From the NCBI RefSeq assembly GCF_006345805.1, contig NC_043021.1, positions 9,300,001-9,364,000 of the forward strand: a stretch of DNA of 64,000 nucleotides. Reading direction: 5' to 3'. Every line of letters starts with the position of its first letter. The stretch's first letter is position 1. Positions 22,867 to 33,899 of the stretch are shown one piece after another. Under the pieces are notes generated by a model. That model saw only the letters and a program-made list of their open reading frames with translations. It ran no database searches and was not told where the DNA came from. Source of the DNA: Octopus sinensis. Lineage: Eukaryota. A program made the translations under genes and the position numbers.

Positions 22867-25800
22867 ATGCAGATGGCTGAAGAGAAGAAGGTGTCCGGAA
22901 ACCATGCAAGTTTGGAGAACTTACAGCAAGTACCACTGTCACAGAAAAGTGTTGAGCAGATCATTACATTTCCTTGGAGTCGTGACCATTCGTTGAGCTG
23001 CTACCATGGCTTGGACCAGAATGTCAAACCCGGAGAATACGTCCTTCTCACACTCTTCATGGAGTTCTGTTCAATTACTGAACACAAGATTGAACAAGTC
23101 CTTGCTGAACCACTTAAAAACCATTTTTCTAAATCTCTACAAAGAAATGAGGACCCCCAGTTTGACCAGCTGCTTGCCTCCCTCGGCTGTGTGGCCGAAC
23201 AAGGCCTGCCATCTCTCCTGCATTCCTTTCTTAAATGGTATGAAAAACAGTCACTTGTTGACAACAGTCACCTCCTTGATCGTTACCGTATACGAAATAA
23301 AGGAGAAAAAAACTTCCTGTGCGAGCGCCGTGAACTGGCTGTTGATTATGTTTATTGTTTGGTGCTGATTGAGATCTTACCGAAACTCTCATACCACCCA
23401 GGCCATGATGAACTTGTCACATGCATTATCAACCAGGGGTTCCGGCATTTCAAGTATAAAGATGGTTTACAGGCAAATCCAAATGCTGGCAATATCAAAC
23501 TGATTTCTAGTCTGTATGCAGAGGTGATCGGTGTTCTGGCCCAGTCTCGGTTCCCACCGATTCACAAGACTTTTCTCAATGAGCTGAAAGAACTGAAGCT
23601 CCGTGACCAAACACCATTCACGGCACAAAGTGTTATTAGCCTGTTGATGGGCCTGAAGTTCTTCCGTGTCAAAATGCACCCAATTGAAGATTTTGAAATG
23701 TGTGTCCAGTTCCTGCACGAGTTGGGTCAGTATTTTCTCGAAGTAAAAGACCGGGATATCAAACATGCCTTAGCCATGTTGCTTGTGGAAATCCTACTGC
23801 CTGTTGCTGCCCAAGCGAAAAATGAGGTAAACGTCCCAGTTTTGAAGAATTTTGTCGAGATGCTCTACTCAACCACCATTGATATGACCACGAAAAAGAA
23901 ACACACTCTTCATTTATTTCCTCTGGTCACGTGTCTGTTGTGTGTTAGCCACAAACAATTCTTCCTTAGTAACTGGCCATACTTTCTCACAATGTGTTTG
24001 TCTCAGTTAAAGAACAAAGAAGCAAAGATGTCACGTGTTGCCCTTGAATCTCTCTACCGCTTGCTCTGGGTCTACATGGTGCGGATTAAATGTGAAAGTA
24101 ATACAGCCACCAGGAGTCGACTTCAAAGCATTGTGAACAGTCTCTTTCCAAAAGGCTCAAAGATGGTAACACCACGCGACACACCGCTTAATATTTTTGT
24201 CAAGATCATTCAATTTATTGCTAAAGAAAGACTGGATTTTGCTATGAAAGAAATAATTTTTGACTTACTCTGTGTTGGAAGACCAATCAAATTCTTGACA
24301 CCAGAAAGAATGAGTATTGGTTTGAGAGCCTTCCTAGTTATTGCCGACAGCTTACAGCAGAAGGATGGTGATCCTCCGATGCCTCAGTCTGCAGCAACAT
24401 TACCTTCTGGCAGTACAGTCCGTATCAAGAGAACATTTTTGAACAAAATGCTGAGTGAGGAGACAGCCAAGGACATTGGTCTATCATGCTACTATCCTCA
24501 CATCCTGAAAACCTTTGATTCAATCCTTCGTGCTTTGGATGTGCAAGTAGGTCGTCCATTATTACAGACAAACTCTGAAAACACGGGGAAAGAAGTTGAC
24601 GAACTCATCACCAGTGACCGTAAACCTAAAATCGACTTATTCCGCACATGCATAGCTGCAATTCCCCGCTTGATACCCGAAAACATGTCAAGCCAAGAAC
24701 TTGTCGAACTGCTTACCCGTCTGACAGTACACATCGATGATGAATTAAGAGGTTTAGCATTTCAAGCTTTGCAGAACCTGATGCACGAATCTCAAACTTT
24801 CAAAGAACAGGTCATTCGAGGTTTTGTGCAGTTTATTCAGCGTGATGTCAGCGACACAGCATCTCAGCCACTGGACGGTGTTCTCCGTATGTTAGTGCAG
24901 CTGCTAGTCCAGTGGAAGAGCAACCCTGGTCAGCAGCAGAGCCTGACCTCGGTACCAGGTCAAGGAGCAAATAAACTGGACGGTAGTAATGGTGCTACTG
25001 GTCGTGAATCAGTCGAACTTGTTGTACTTCACGATGTCGAAGGGTTGGCTCTTGTCATGCTGTGTAGCATTCAACTCGTCATCCGCAAATTGGCTCTGCT
25101 TCTACTCAAGGAGGTGCGCAACATCTTTACTAGTTGCCAACATGGTTCATCGACGACTTGCAGCAACTGCACTACATCACAGCAATCTAATCATCATCAA
25201 CACTATAACCACCACAACATAACTCGCCATCACCAAAACCTTCTCCAACATCATCACCATCACCATCACCTCCATCAGCCACAGTTGCAGCAACTAAACA
25301 AGTCAGACGGTAGTAAAACCTGTTTAATTGACCAGATGGAATGTATGTGTCTGCCAGTCATGACTAAAATGCTTGCAATTCTTCCACCAGATGAGAAGGC
25401 GTCTCTGATTGCCTGTTCCAACATTGATCTGAATTGGATAATCGATCGAGCAGCCAGTACCTGGCTGTCTGGTGCCAGCCAGGACAGCCAGGACATGCAC
25501 CAGCTGATGGTCAACTCCTCGTTTAACCAACCGGACCCCTGGATACATCGTCTCGTTGGACTTATTGCATCTGAGGAATCGTTCAAGAAGTGTAGTCATG
25601 CTGTCAACTGTGCGTGGATGATTGTCTATACTCGATTGCAAATGTTGTTTCCATTGGTTGATGCCAGTTCCCAAACCAACGAATATCGGTCGTCAATACT
25701 ACGTTCTGGAAGCAAGAAAGTCACAAATGACTATGATCTCTACCTACGTCTTTGGCAAAACTACGTGATCCTTGCTTGTTGTTTAGCTCAACAAGGTACA

Positions 25801-28800
25801 GTTTTACCATATCATCGGTGTGCTTCTCCGGATCTTGGATTTTCCCCAGAAAGTTTTCCACCATTGTCTTCCGATAAAACAGAGAATAAACAAACAGCTC
25901 AGAGCAGTAACCTCTTCCGTTTGCTTGTACCATTGATAAAGTGTGAAAGTGCCGACATGAGGGATTCCGTTGTTAACGGTTTGGGTTACACCAATCCCAC
26001 CGTTTTTAAAGAACTCCAGGAAGAACTACTCCCGTACTTAAAGGAAGCCAACGATAAGAAAGTCGATAACATCAAACAAAGGCGCAAACGTAACAACCTG
26101 AGGGTTCAACTGACTCGACTGTTCAAACTAATGGCTGAAAACGGGACGTTTGGACTTCACAATTCTGGAGTCATCGATGCTGATAAGAACTGCCTGAACT
26201 CCATGTTCCTTGACTACATCGACGGTGCTCGTGTTTACTTAGAAGGTGAGAATGAAAGAGATTTGCCAAATATTCAAGAAGTGAGATTACATTTTAGTAG
26301 TTTTATTCGTCTGTTGATCCAAAACACTCCGTTGAAACAGAGGAACACTCTACTCTCGAAAGAAACCCGTCACAGTCTATTCCATCTTCTTGCCATCTGG
26401 AGTGGCCACTTCAGTTCATCGTTCGTGCATCTTGAGAGGAAGCTGTCTAAGGAGGAGGTCAGTCCAGAATTGGAGCTGGCCACTGTCAGAGCCATGTCTT
26501 CAGTATTGACCTGCGGTCCAGTTTTTGACTCAAACGGCCTGAATGAAGATGGCTATGTTTATACTTGGCTCGACGCTCTGTGGAATTGTCACGAGACGGA
26601 GATGCAGGAACAGATTCTGAGCTTGGCCAAAGAGACTGTGATTCTACTGTTGGACTTCAACCCAGATGTACAATATTTACTGGACTGGGTCATTGACCAC
26701 TGCTATACTGCTAACATGGAAGTCGCTGACCATTGCTTAAATGCCTTGGCTGCTGTGTTTCAAACTAAGGAGTATTCTTGTGATCTGATTGCCATGTTGA
26801 ATCTAGTCGTGTTGAATGTCGGCTGCACTCGCATTGAAACTCATGACACGGCACTCCAGTTACTGCGACTTCTCGACAGTTACTTCTTCCAAGACAAACC
26901 TGTCTTTGAAGAATCTACTCTAGACGCATCCCAACAACCGAATACTCTCAATGATATTTTGTTGACCGTGAACTATGGTCAGTCTCAAGTAGTCTTGTCT
27001 GACCAGTTGGTCAAATTACATCCAGACATGACCGTGCCGATGTTTTCTGAAATCACCCATCGGTTCCAGACTGCACGTCCAGCATTGCGAGAGGTTCTAC
27101 TCAAATGTCTGTTGCCGTGGTTACACAACATCGAACTTGTTGACCCCTCTCTGCCATCTTCTACTGCTATGTCAAGTTTCTTGACCAGTGTCCAGGACAG
27201 CCAGACCGATAAGGTAACCAAGTCGTACCTGGAAGGTGAAGGCTGGGGGTCTGCTCAGGCCACAGAAATGGTACTAAATAATCTGCTGTATATTACTGTG
27301 AAATTTGGAGATAGTCACCCGAGTGAGATTGAACACCTATGGGCTGCTTTGGTAAAATACTGGGCCAACAATTTAAGGGTAGTCGTACGATATTTAGTTA
27401 TTGTCACCAATATGTCGCCAACAGTGTTACTGCCCTACGCTAAACGTGTTATCAGTTATCTCGGCCGAGCTAAACCAGAGAAACTTGTCGATGAATTAAT
27501 GAACGAATTACAAACAGTGGAAACTTTGAACCAGACCATCGAACGCACCCAGACTCCACCATTCTATCGGTTGTCATCTTTGAAGAAGTCAGCTACAAAC
27601 GCCAACACCACAGACGATGAAAAGCTTGGCCGTACACAGGCTCCGGAGAATTCCCTAGAAAAGGGGGTACTCCACACAAAGCGGCACAGTACGTGCGAAG
27701 AGATCACAACTGAAGGCACCCCCTGTACCGATTCCACTACGTTTCTCTGTAGTATATCAAGCATGTCCAGCTCTTCTTCGGTCAGCAGCAGTCATGACTT
27801 AATGGAAGAGAACTGTGCAAGCCCCACCAATACTCCGGTACCTTACCCGCTTCCTATGCCAGCTTACGGCGGATATTTTGCCCCAATGTCTGAGCTTCTA
27901 CCAGATACGTTTGTTCCTACTGCTGGACTACATCGCAGCTATCTTGGTATAATGTTTCTGTCTGATCTTGTGCTTGATGGCCTCGATATAGACTGGACAC
28001 CTCATCTACCTTTGCTACTGCACATTGTCTTTTTGGGACTTGACCATTCTCGAGCGATTGTCTACGAACACTGTAAGAAAATATTTCTCAACTTGTTACT
28101 CTTCCAAGCTTCAGTTCCTGAGCACCAGTACATTGCACGCCTTTTGATCTCACGAATGCCACGACTGAAGTTGCTGAGCGATAACCGCAAGACTTTTACT
28201 GCAGACAGCCCAGCTGTTGAAGAAGATAATTTATTGTGTAATCAGTTAACGAGCACTACACGAACCACTGCTGACCTCACCAAAGACTCTTCTCAACATG
28301 ACTCAGTGGAAACAACTGTGGACAGTCTGTTGTGCTTTCTGGCCAGTAAAACTGGGAAACCACTTTGGAATTATGAAGATATCACTCCTAAGACTCTTAC
28401 AACTATCAGTTCTTCATCATTGGACTATTTCTTAAAGTTAGTGGTGAGGGTGTTTGAAGAATTGGTACCCTTGGCCCTTGTTGAACAACGATGGTCACAG
28501 ATAGCCCTGCAAATGGCATTGTCCTGCTCTTCCAGACATTATGCCGGCCGTTCCTTCCAGGTCCTACGGGCTCTTCAAGTGCGTCCATCTACACAAATGC
28601 TGTCTGACATTCTGTCGAGACTTGTGGAAACGGCAGCCGAACAAGGTGAAGACATGCAAGGGTACGTAACAGAAATTATGTTAACCCTGATTGCTTCTGT
28701 AGACAACCTTGACCTGGAGTTGAGGCCCACTGACATGATGCGGGAACTATTTTTATCGACACCAAACCTCGCGAAAGAAAGCTCCACTGAAGTTGCTCGT

Positions 28801-31737
28801 GGTTCTGTAGTTAATGCAAACTCTGGCCCTGCACACACACGTAGCACTAGCTACACTGTATCCGTCCTGTCACGCCTGACTGCTTGTGTTGCAGCTGGCA
28901 TGCCACGTGTGCGTTCGCCATCAGAAGTGCACCGGTCATGTTTGGCCAAATCCCACAGTGCTCAGTCTCTGAAGAACTTTGACGAAGCCAGCACTGAAGA
29001 TAAACTAACGATTGTTACTCAGATGTTCTGGATGGCCGTCTCTATGTTGGAATCAGACTACGACTACGAATTTCACCTTGCTATCAAACTTCTGGACAAG
29101 ATTCTGAAACACTTGCAGCCCGAAAGACCTGAATGCCGGGAGAAGCTTGATAAGATCTTGCAACAGATAAAATGGAATAATTTCCCTGGTGTGCAGATTC
29201 TTCTGTTAAAAGGTTGCACTTCACATGCATTAGCAGAGCCAACATGGCTCCTTTTATCTCAATTGACCCTTTGCATCAATGCTCCAGTGATGGACCCCAG
29301 CGGAGCCCTTGGTTTCCCCATTAACGTCATCGCCTTACTGCCTTATTTAATACACCACTACGAGAACCCAAGCTCAGAATGTCGTGAGGCTGCTGATCGA
29401 ATTAGTCAGATGTGTGGTCAGCAGTCTGAGAAACTTCACAATCTTGCAACTGTAATGTCTCTTTATAGCCGAGGGACTTTCAACAAGGACAGTTCGCAGT
29501 GGACCAAATGTGTAGTGAAATACTTGCTCGACGTGTATGCGTGCACCAGTCTGAGCATGATTACATTCCTTGTTGAAGTTTTGGAACGAGGACCAATTAA
29601 TTATCAACCAGACATTCTCCAGATTCTTCACTGCATTGTCCATTACGTTGATTTCAACACAACATGTAAAAAGGTTTTGAACCAGCAACTGTTCTGCCCT
29701 GTGTCACGCCACACCAAAGGGATCCACTGGAAGGAAGCCTTAAAGATCCTCAAGCTCGCAGTCACTCGATCATCTACCCTTGCTGCTGCCTTCCCAAGTG
29801 GCGGTGATGCAGGAGGTCCACCTGGAAACCGTTCGTCCTTTGTGGCAGATACCGGCATCTTCCGTAAGAAGGAGTTACCAGGACTGACGCTAGACTTCAC
29901 AGTAGACTTGTCCAATCGAGCGTTGATTGGTCACAAGTATCTGGGTATTGATCTGTACCCGAAAGAAGACAACAAGAATGTCAGCCTTCTGTCCGTTAGT
30001 CGGAAACATTCTGGTAACCAAGATTACGAGTCATCCTGGAAGAAGCCAATGATGTCACAGACGCGTACACGGGAACGATTGATCAGCCTGCTGAACTATT
30101 TCGGACAGCGCATTGGGCTGCCCAAGAGCCCTTCGGTGATATTCAGCCAGTCCAGTGACCAACAACACAGTGTAACATCCAGTGGTGAAGAAACATCTAT
30201 TCCAGAAACCCCATCAAACGATGCTCTGTTGAGCGATACTAACAGTAGTGACCTTATGATGACCTTCAAAAGGTTTGATTTTCTTGACAACGAACTGGAG
30301 AAAGATGAACAAAACGACGACTATTTCTCATTGGGCGATCGGTGCCAGTCGTTTAATCTTCACAGCTCCGAGATTTCCTCAAAGACCACATTTGGAAGCT
30401 CCCCTGAATTGAAACTACAGGACAGTATAGAAGACCTGAAGGGTATAATGTCAAGCGATATTAACTGTTTACTTGAAGTGTCAACGTCCGATGAAGAATC
30501 GCAAACCCCTGGAGCCGATGAGGATGGAATGCCTCGTGACCTTCCATCCAGTAATTCATCAGCCATGCTACAAAACGATACATTGATTGAACGGGATACA
30601 TCTAGCCCTGTCCTAGTGGCCACCTCGTCCAACAGTTCTCCCAGTGAAATAGATCTTATGGTGCTCAGTTCCAGCACATCCCGTGCACTAAGTCTTGCAA
30701 GTCTTGGTGCCATCTATTTCACTATACCTCCTGATGAAGCATGGCAAACTCATCTGCACCAAGTTCTCACAGATTCCTCAGTATCGTTGACCAGTGCCAC
30801 TTGCCTCATCTTCCCTCGTCTTTATAACGAGCATAAGAAATGCATAGCTAACCTGACGCAGGAAGCGTGCTCATACATAGGCGAACACGACAACTTGCAA
30901 GAACTCACCACCAAATTCATGCATATCCTTGACACGCTGTTTTCCCAGATGGAATGTCCGTATGTGTTTGTCCAACCAGAGTCTCTGTTGGAGAACAGTA
31001 TTATTGACCGACATAAGTTCTGTGTCCTGGAAATTCAGGAGTGTTTAGAAATGCTAAGCATGCGACTCACTCAAGCCGAACAGTGTCTCGAGACAATGAA
31101 GTCCATGGCATTTCTCGAGCCTCTAAATGAAGGTGCAGCCTCGGCCGATGCGAGGAATTCCAGTATTGATGACCAGAAGGGGGAGATGTGTCGACAGCTC
31201 TACAAACTGCTTTTCCAGCTGGTGTTACTCTTCGAAAGTTTCATTAAGGTCGTCGATATCTTCCAGAACCTGACTTTGACCGGCCAAGCTTTAGACATGT
31301 CCAGCCAACTGGCAACGATAAAGCAGGAGCTTGCTGCCAGCCTGTCGGAGCTTCAGACCGGTCACACGTCACCATTGTACTTTGATACGCAAATCACACC
31401 AAAGCAGGAGGCCATTGCATATCTGCTGGAGTACCTGCAAGGAAAGCAACATCTTAGTACTCTGCAGCTCTTGCGGATGTTCCGATACCAGTGGCCATCA
31501 GACGTCTTTGGAACAACCGAAGATGACGACATCATAGCTTTACTAAACATTTATTGCAGCTGCGTTGCCCAGACGACAGGCATATTTGTGCTTATACATC
31601 CAGAACCGGACTTTGGCCAAGTGTATAGCTTACTGATGGAAGTAAACAGTCTTTTGTCTTCCAGATGGCCTCATTTAGTATGTCACATTCACAGAAATGA
31701 AATTAGTATTAAACCATCAGATTCTAGTACATTCTAG
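22867..31737 (+). CDS. FRY: Protein furry homolog (FRY/Tao3/Mor2 family), 2956 aa, coding region in one exon
   Basis: Uninterrupted ORF with recognisable Furry motifs throughout: KPGEYVL..LF.EF, KSLQRNEDPQFDQLL, KDRDIKHALA, KNEVNVPVLKNFVEMLY, RLLWVYMVRIKCESNTAT.SRL.SIVNSLFPKGS, RERMSIGLRAFLVIADSLQQKDGDPPMP-like, GEGWGS.QATEMVLNNLLYIT, SRHYAGRSFQVLRAL, RTRERLISLL. An in-frame TAA at 22855-22857 precedes the ATG. Confidence 0.97.
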   Translation: MQMAEEKKVSGNHASLENLQQVPLSQKSVEQIITFPWSRDHSLSCYHGLDQNVKPGEYVLLTLFMEFCSITEHKIEQVLAEPLKNHFSKSLQRNEDPQFDQLLASLGCVAEQGLPSLLHSFLKWYEKQSLVDNSHLLDRYRIRNKGEKNFLCERRELAVDYVYCLVLIEILPKLSYHPGHDELVTCIINQGFRHFKYKDGLQANPNAGNIKLISSLYAEVIGVLAQSRFPPIHKTFLNELKELKLRDQTPFTAQSVISLLMGLKFFRVKMHPIEDFEMCVQFLHELGQYFLEVKDRDIKHALAMLLVEILLPVAAQAKNEVNVPVLKNFVEMLYSTTIDMTTKKKHTLHLFPLVTCLLCVSHKQFFLSNWPYFLTMCLSQLKNKEAKMSRVALESLYRLLWVYMVRIKCESNTATRSRLQSIVNSLFPKGSKMVTPRDTPLNIFVKIIQFIAKERLDFAMKEIIFDLLCVGRPIKFLTPERMSIGLRAFLVIADSLQQKDGDPPMPQSAATLPSGSTVRIKRTFLNKMLSEETAKDIGLSCYYPHILKTFDSILRALDVQVGRPLLQTNSENTGKEVDELITSDRKPKIDLFRTCIAAIPRLIPENMSSQELVELLTRLTVHIDDELRGLAFQALQNLMHESQTFKEQVIRGFVQFIQRDVSDTASQPLDGVLRMLVQLLVQWKSNPGQQQSLTSVPGQGANKLDGSNGATGRESVELVVLHDVEGLALVMLCSIQLVIRKLALLLLKEVRNIFTSCQHGSSTTCSNCTTSQQSNHHQHYNHHNITRHHQNLLQHHHHHHHLHQPQLQQLNKSDGSKTCLIDQMECMCLPVMTKMLAILPPDEKASLIACSNIDLNWIIDRAASTWLSGASQDSQDMHQLMVNSSFNQPDPWIHRLVGLIASEESFKKCSHAVNCAWMIVYTRLQMLFPLVDASSQTNEYRSSILRSGSKKVTNDYDLYLRLWQNYVILACCLAQQGTVLPYHRCASPDLGFSPESFPPLSSDKTENKQTAQSSNLFRLLVPLIKCESADMRDSVVNGLGYTNPTVFKELQEELLPYLKEANDKKVDNIKQRRKRNNLRVQLTRLFKLMAENGTFGLHNSGVIDADKNCLNSMFLDYIDGARVYLEGENERDLPNIQEVRLHFSSFIRLLIQNTPLKQRNTLLSKETRHSLFHLLAIWSGHFSSSFVHLERKLSKEEVSPELELATVRAMSSVLTCGPVFDSNGLNEDGYVYTWLDALWNCHETEMQEQILSLAKETVILLLDFNPDVQYLLDWVIDHCYTANMEVADHCLNALAAVFQTKEYSCDLIAMLNLVVLNVGCTRIETHDTALQLLRLLDSYFFQDKPVFEESTLDASQQPNTLNDILLTVNYGQSQVVLSDQLVKLHPDMTVPMFSEITHRFQTARPALREVLLKCLLPWLHNIELVDPSLPSSTAMSSFLTSVQDSQTDKVTKSYLEGEGWGSAQATEMVLNNLLYITVKFGDSHPSEIEHLWAALVKYWANNLRVVVRYLVIVTNMSPTVLLPYAKRVISYLGRAKPEKLVDELMNELQTVETLNQTIERTQTPPFYRLSSLKKSATNANTTDDEKLGRTQAPENSLEKGVLHTKRHSTCEEITTEGTPCTDSTTFLCSISSMSSSSSVSSSHDLMEENCASPTNTPVPYPLPMPAYGGYFAPMSELLPDTFVPTAGLHRSYLGIMFLSDLVLDGLDIDWTPHLPLLLHIVFLGLDHSRAIVYEHCKKIFLNLLLFQASVPEHQYIARLLISRMPRLKLLSDNRKTFTADSPAVEEDNLLCNQLTSTTRTTADLTKDSSQHDSVETTVDSLLCFLASKTGKPLWNYEDITPKTLTTISSSSLDYFLKLVVRVFEELVPLALVEQRWSQIALQMALSCSSRHYAGRSFQVLRALQVRPSTQMLSDILSRLVETAAEQGEDMQGYVTEIMLTLIASVDNLDLELRPTDMMRELFLSTPNLAKESSTEVARGSVVNANSGPAHTRSTSYTVSVLSRLTACVAAGMPRVRSPSEVHRSCLAKSHSAQSLKNFDEASTEDKLTIVTQMFWMAVSMLESDYDYEFHLAIKLLDKILKHLQPERPECREKLDKILQQIKWNNFPGVQILLLKGCTSHALAEPTWLLLSQLTLCINAPVMDPSGALGFPINVIALLPYLIHHYENPSSECREAADRISQMCGQQSEKLHNLATVMSLYSRGTFNKDSSQWTKCVVKYLLDVYACTSLSMITFLVEVLERGPINYQPDILQILHCIVHYVDFNTTCKKVLNQQLFCPVSRHTKGIHWKEALKILKLAVTRSSTLAAAFPSGGDAGGPPGNRSSFVADTGIFRKKELPGLTLDFTVDLSNRALIGHKYLGIDLYPKEDNKNVSLLSVSRKHSGNQDYESSWKKPMMSQTRTRERLISLLNYFGQRIGLPKSPSVIFSQSSDQQHSVTSSGEETSIPETPSNDALLSDTNSSDLMMTFKRFDFLDNELEKDEQNDDYFSLGDRCQSFNLHSSEISSKTTFGSSPELKLQDSIEDLKGIMSSDINCLLEVSTSDEESQTPGADEDGMPRDLPSSNSSAMLQNDTLIERDTSSPVLVATSSNSSPSEIDLMVLSSSTSRALSLASLGAIYFTIPPDEAWQTHLHQVLTDSSVSLTSATCLIFPRLYNEHKKCIANLTQEACSYIGEHDNLQELTTKFMHILDTLFSQMECPYVFVQPESLLENSIIDRHKFCVLEIQECLEMLSMRLTQAEQCLETMKSMAFLEPLNEGAASADARNSSIDDQKGEMCRQLYKLLFQLVLLFESFIKVVDIFQNLTLTGQALDMSSQLATIKQELAASLSELQTGHTSPLYFDTQITPKQEAIAYLLEYLQGKQHLSTLQLLRMFRYQWPSDVFGTTEDDDIIALLNIYCSCVAQTTGIFVLIHPEPDFGQVYSLLMEVNSLLSSRWPHLVCHIHRNEISIKPSDSSTF

Positions 31738-31924
31738 AAAACATTATTTTAAACATTTCTTCAAAAACACATACACAAACACACATCCCACAAAAAACAA
31801 AACAAAAAAACAAAAACAAACTTGAATCCATTTTTACAGGTAAACCAAATGAAACAGTCATTAAAAAATTCATTTTTTTAATTTAAAAATATATTAACAA
31901 GACATTGTTTTTAATTTTAAATTC

Positions 31925-31930
31925 AATAAA
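31925..31930 (+). terminator. Candidate FRY polyadenylation signal AATAAA
   Basis: First AATAAA, about 190 nt after the stop. Confidence 0.4.
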
Positions 31931-32744
31931 AGATTTAACATGTGAAAAGAATTTTAAATAATGTAAAATAATTAAAAATCTAAATACATAATAAATTAAA
32001 AAAAAAAGAAGTGAAACTGTTGTGAATCTCAATGAGATGTGGTTTGGGATTGAAACCTGAACCTTTGAGACCAAACTGAACTGAATATCTTTGTACCTTT
32101 TTGACTCTGAACAACTGCTGCTTAATGCATTTATTGAAGATATAAAAGTTTACCAAAATGATTTATCATCACCGTGTTTTCAACAGTTTTATGTGTTTAT
32201 ACTTTTTCATCAACATCATCGTCAATGTCATCTTCATTATCACCATCATTCATTGATTTACATCCATTTTCCATATTGGCATGGCTTGGACAGTTATGCC
32301 TGCTCTCCTGAATGGGTCAAGGGACTACCTTTCATTCATGGGTTTTATTTTTGGTTAGGTTTCTTCAGCTCGGTATATATGCTTCCTAGTGCCGTCCACT
32401 TTACACAGGAGTACTGGGTGCATTTCATTTTGTGGTACTAACACCAGAAAAATTATTGTCTCTTCAATAAGCCTAAAGCTCCTTGCAACCCTACACTTAT
32501 ACAGAGTAGACTAGGCACATTTTTTTGTGGCATCAGCATGAGAAAGACTAGGAGTGAGAGAATGATGGCTAGCAAGAGGTAAGAGTGAGTGATGACTGTC
32601 AATGTCAAATGGCAAGTTGAGTGTGTAAGTAGAGTTTGTGAGGCATGTTCATGTCTAATGAGATCCCTTAAGTATTTTTCTCAAGATGGTGAGAGAGTTA
32701 ATGGGATATGGACCAGGCTCAAGGTTTAGTGGCTAGCGATCTAC

Positions 32745-33120
32745 ACATACTGGGCGCCACTGCATAGTGCCAAGGACTCCAAATTTGCCATCAAGATGTA
32801 GGACAAGATACTGTGATAGCCTGGGCTTCAGAGGCCCACAGCTCTTCAATATCCTCCCGAAGAACCTGAGAGACCTGCATGGGGTGGATGCAGATGTCTT
32901 TAAAATAAAACTGGATCTCTTCCTGTCAGGTGTCCCAGATGAACCAACTTCACCGCAGGAGGTGCAGATGAGGGCAGCTGCATCGAACTCTCTCATGCAC
33001 CAAATGGCAATTGCTAAAAAGCATTCGTGAAGTAAAATCATGTAGCAACACCAAATGATGGCGGTGCCCCAGCATGGCCACAGCTCGTGAGCTGAAACTA
33101 GATAAATTAAAAAAAAAAAT
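32745..33120 (+). mobile_element. CR1-group (CR1/L2/Crack/Daphne-like) LINE 3' end with 3' UTR and A tail
   Basis: GPQLFNILPKNLRDLHGVDADVFKIKLDLFLSGVPDEP...RAAASNSL-stop, then a UTR stem-loop and poly(A). Confidence 0.8.
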
Positions 33121-33384
33121 ACTTAAACACAAACACATAAATACACACACATACACATGAATAAATTGACTGCTATCTTTAGTTCCATCAGCAGCAAAAT
33201 AGAGTGAACGGTCAAGAGGTGAGCAGTGGGAGCATGGGCGATAAAACAAGGCTGATAGAGACTGGAGAAGATAATAGGGAGACGAGATAGGTGTGTTACA
33301 GAGACGAGAAGCTGCCAAGGACCCCAAAAACAGATACACATGTACTCATATATATGTAAATCAGAAGTTATGAACCAATATTCT

Positions 33385-33572
33385 CTCTTTTACTTGTTTC
33401 AGTCATTTGACTGCGGCCATGCTGGAGCACCACCTTTACTCGAGCAAATCGACCCCAGGACTTATTCTTTGTAAGCTTAGTACTTATTACATCGGTCTCT
33501 TTTGCCGAAAAGCTAAGTTACAAGGACATAAACACACCACCAATGGTTGTCAAGCGATGCTGGGGGGGACAA

Positions 33573-33606
<34 letters not shown>

Positions 33607-33772
33607 GACGGGCTTCTTTCAGTTTCTGTCTACCAAATGCACTCACAAGGCTTTGGTCGGCCCGAGGCTATAGTAGAAGACACTTGCCCGAGGTGCCACG
33701 CAGTTCAGTGGGACTGAATCCGGAACCATGTGGTTGGTAAGCAAGCTACTTACCACACAGCCACTCCTTTGC
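33385..33772 (-). mobile_element. SINE family A
   Basis: Reverse complement of the A consensus. Confidence 0.88.
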
Positions 33773-33899
33773 CTATAAATATAATACATGCCTTTTATCT
33801 TCTACATGTTTCAGTCTGTACAGACTGTAGCCATACTGAGGCACTGCCTTCAGAAATTTTAGTTGAAGTAACCAACCTCAATACATATATTCTCTTTAA

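Noticed and set aside
23001-31550. Short antisense and alternate-frame ORFs overlapping FRY
   Set aside because: Expected shadows of a long coding sequence; none resembles a known protein.
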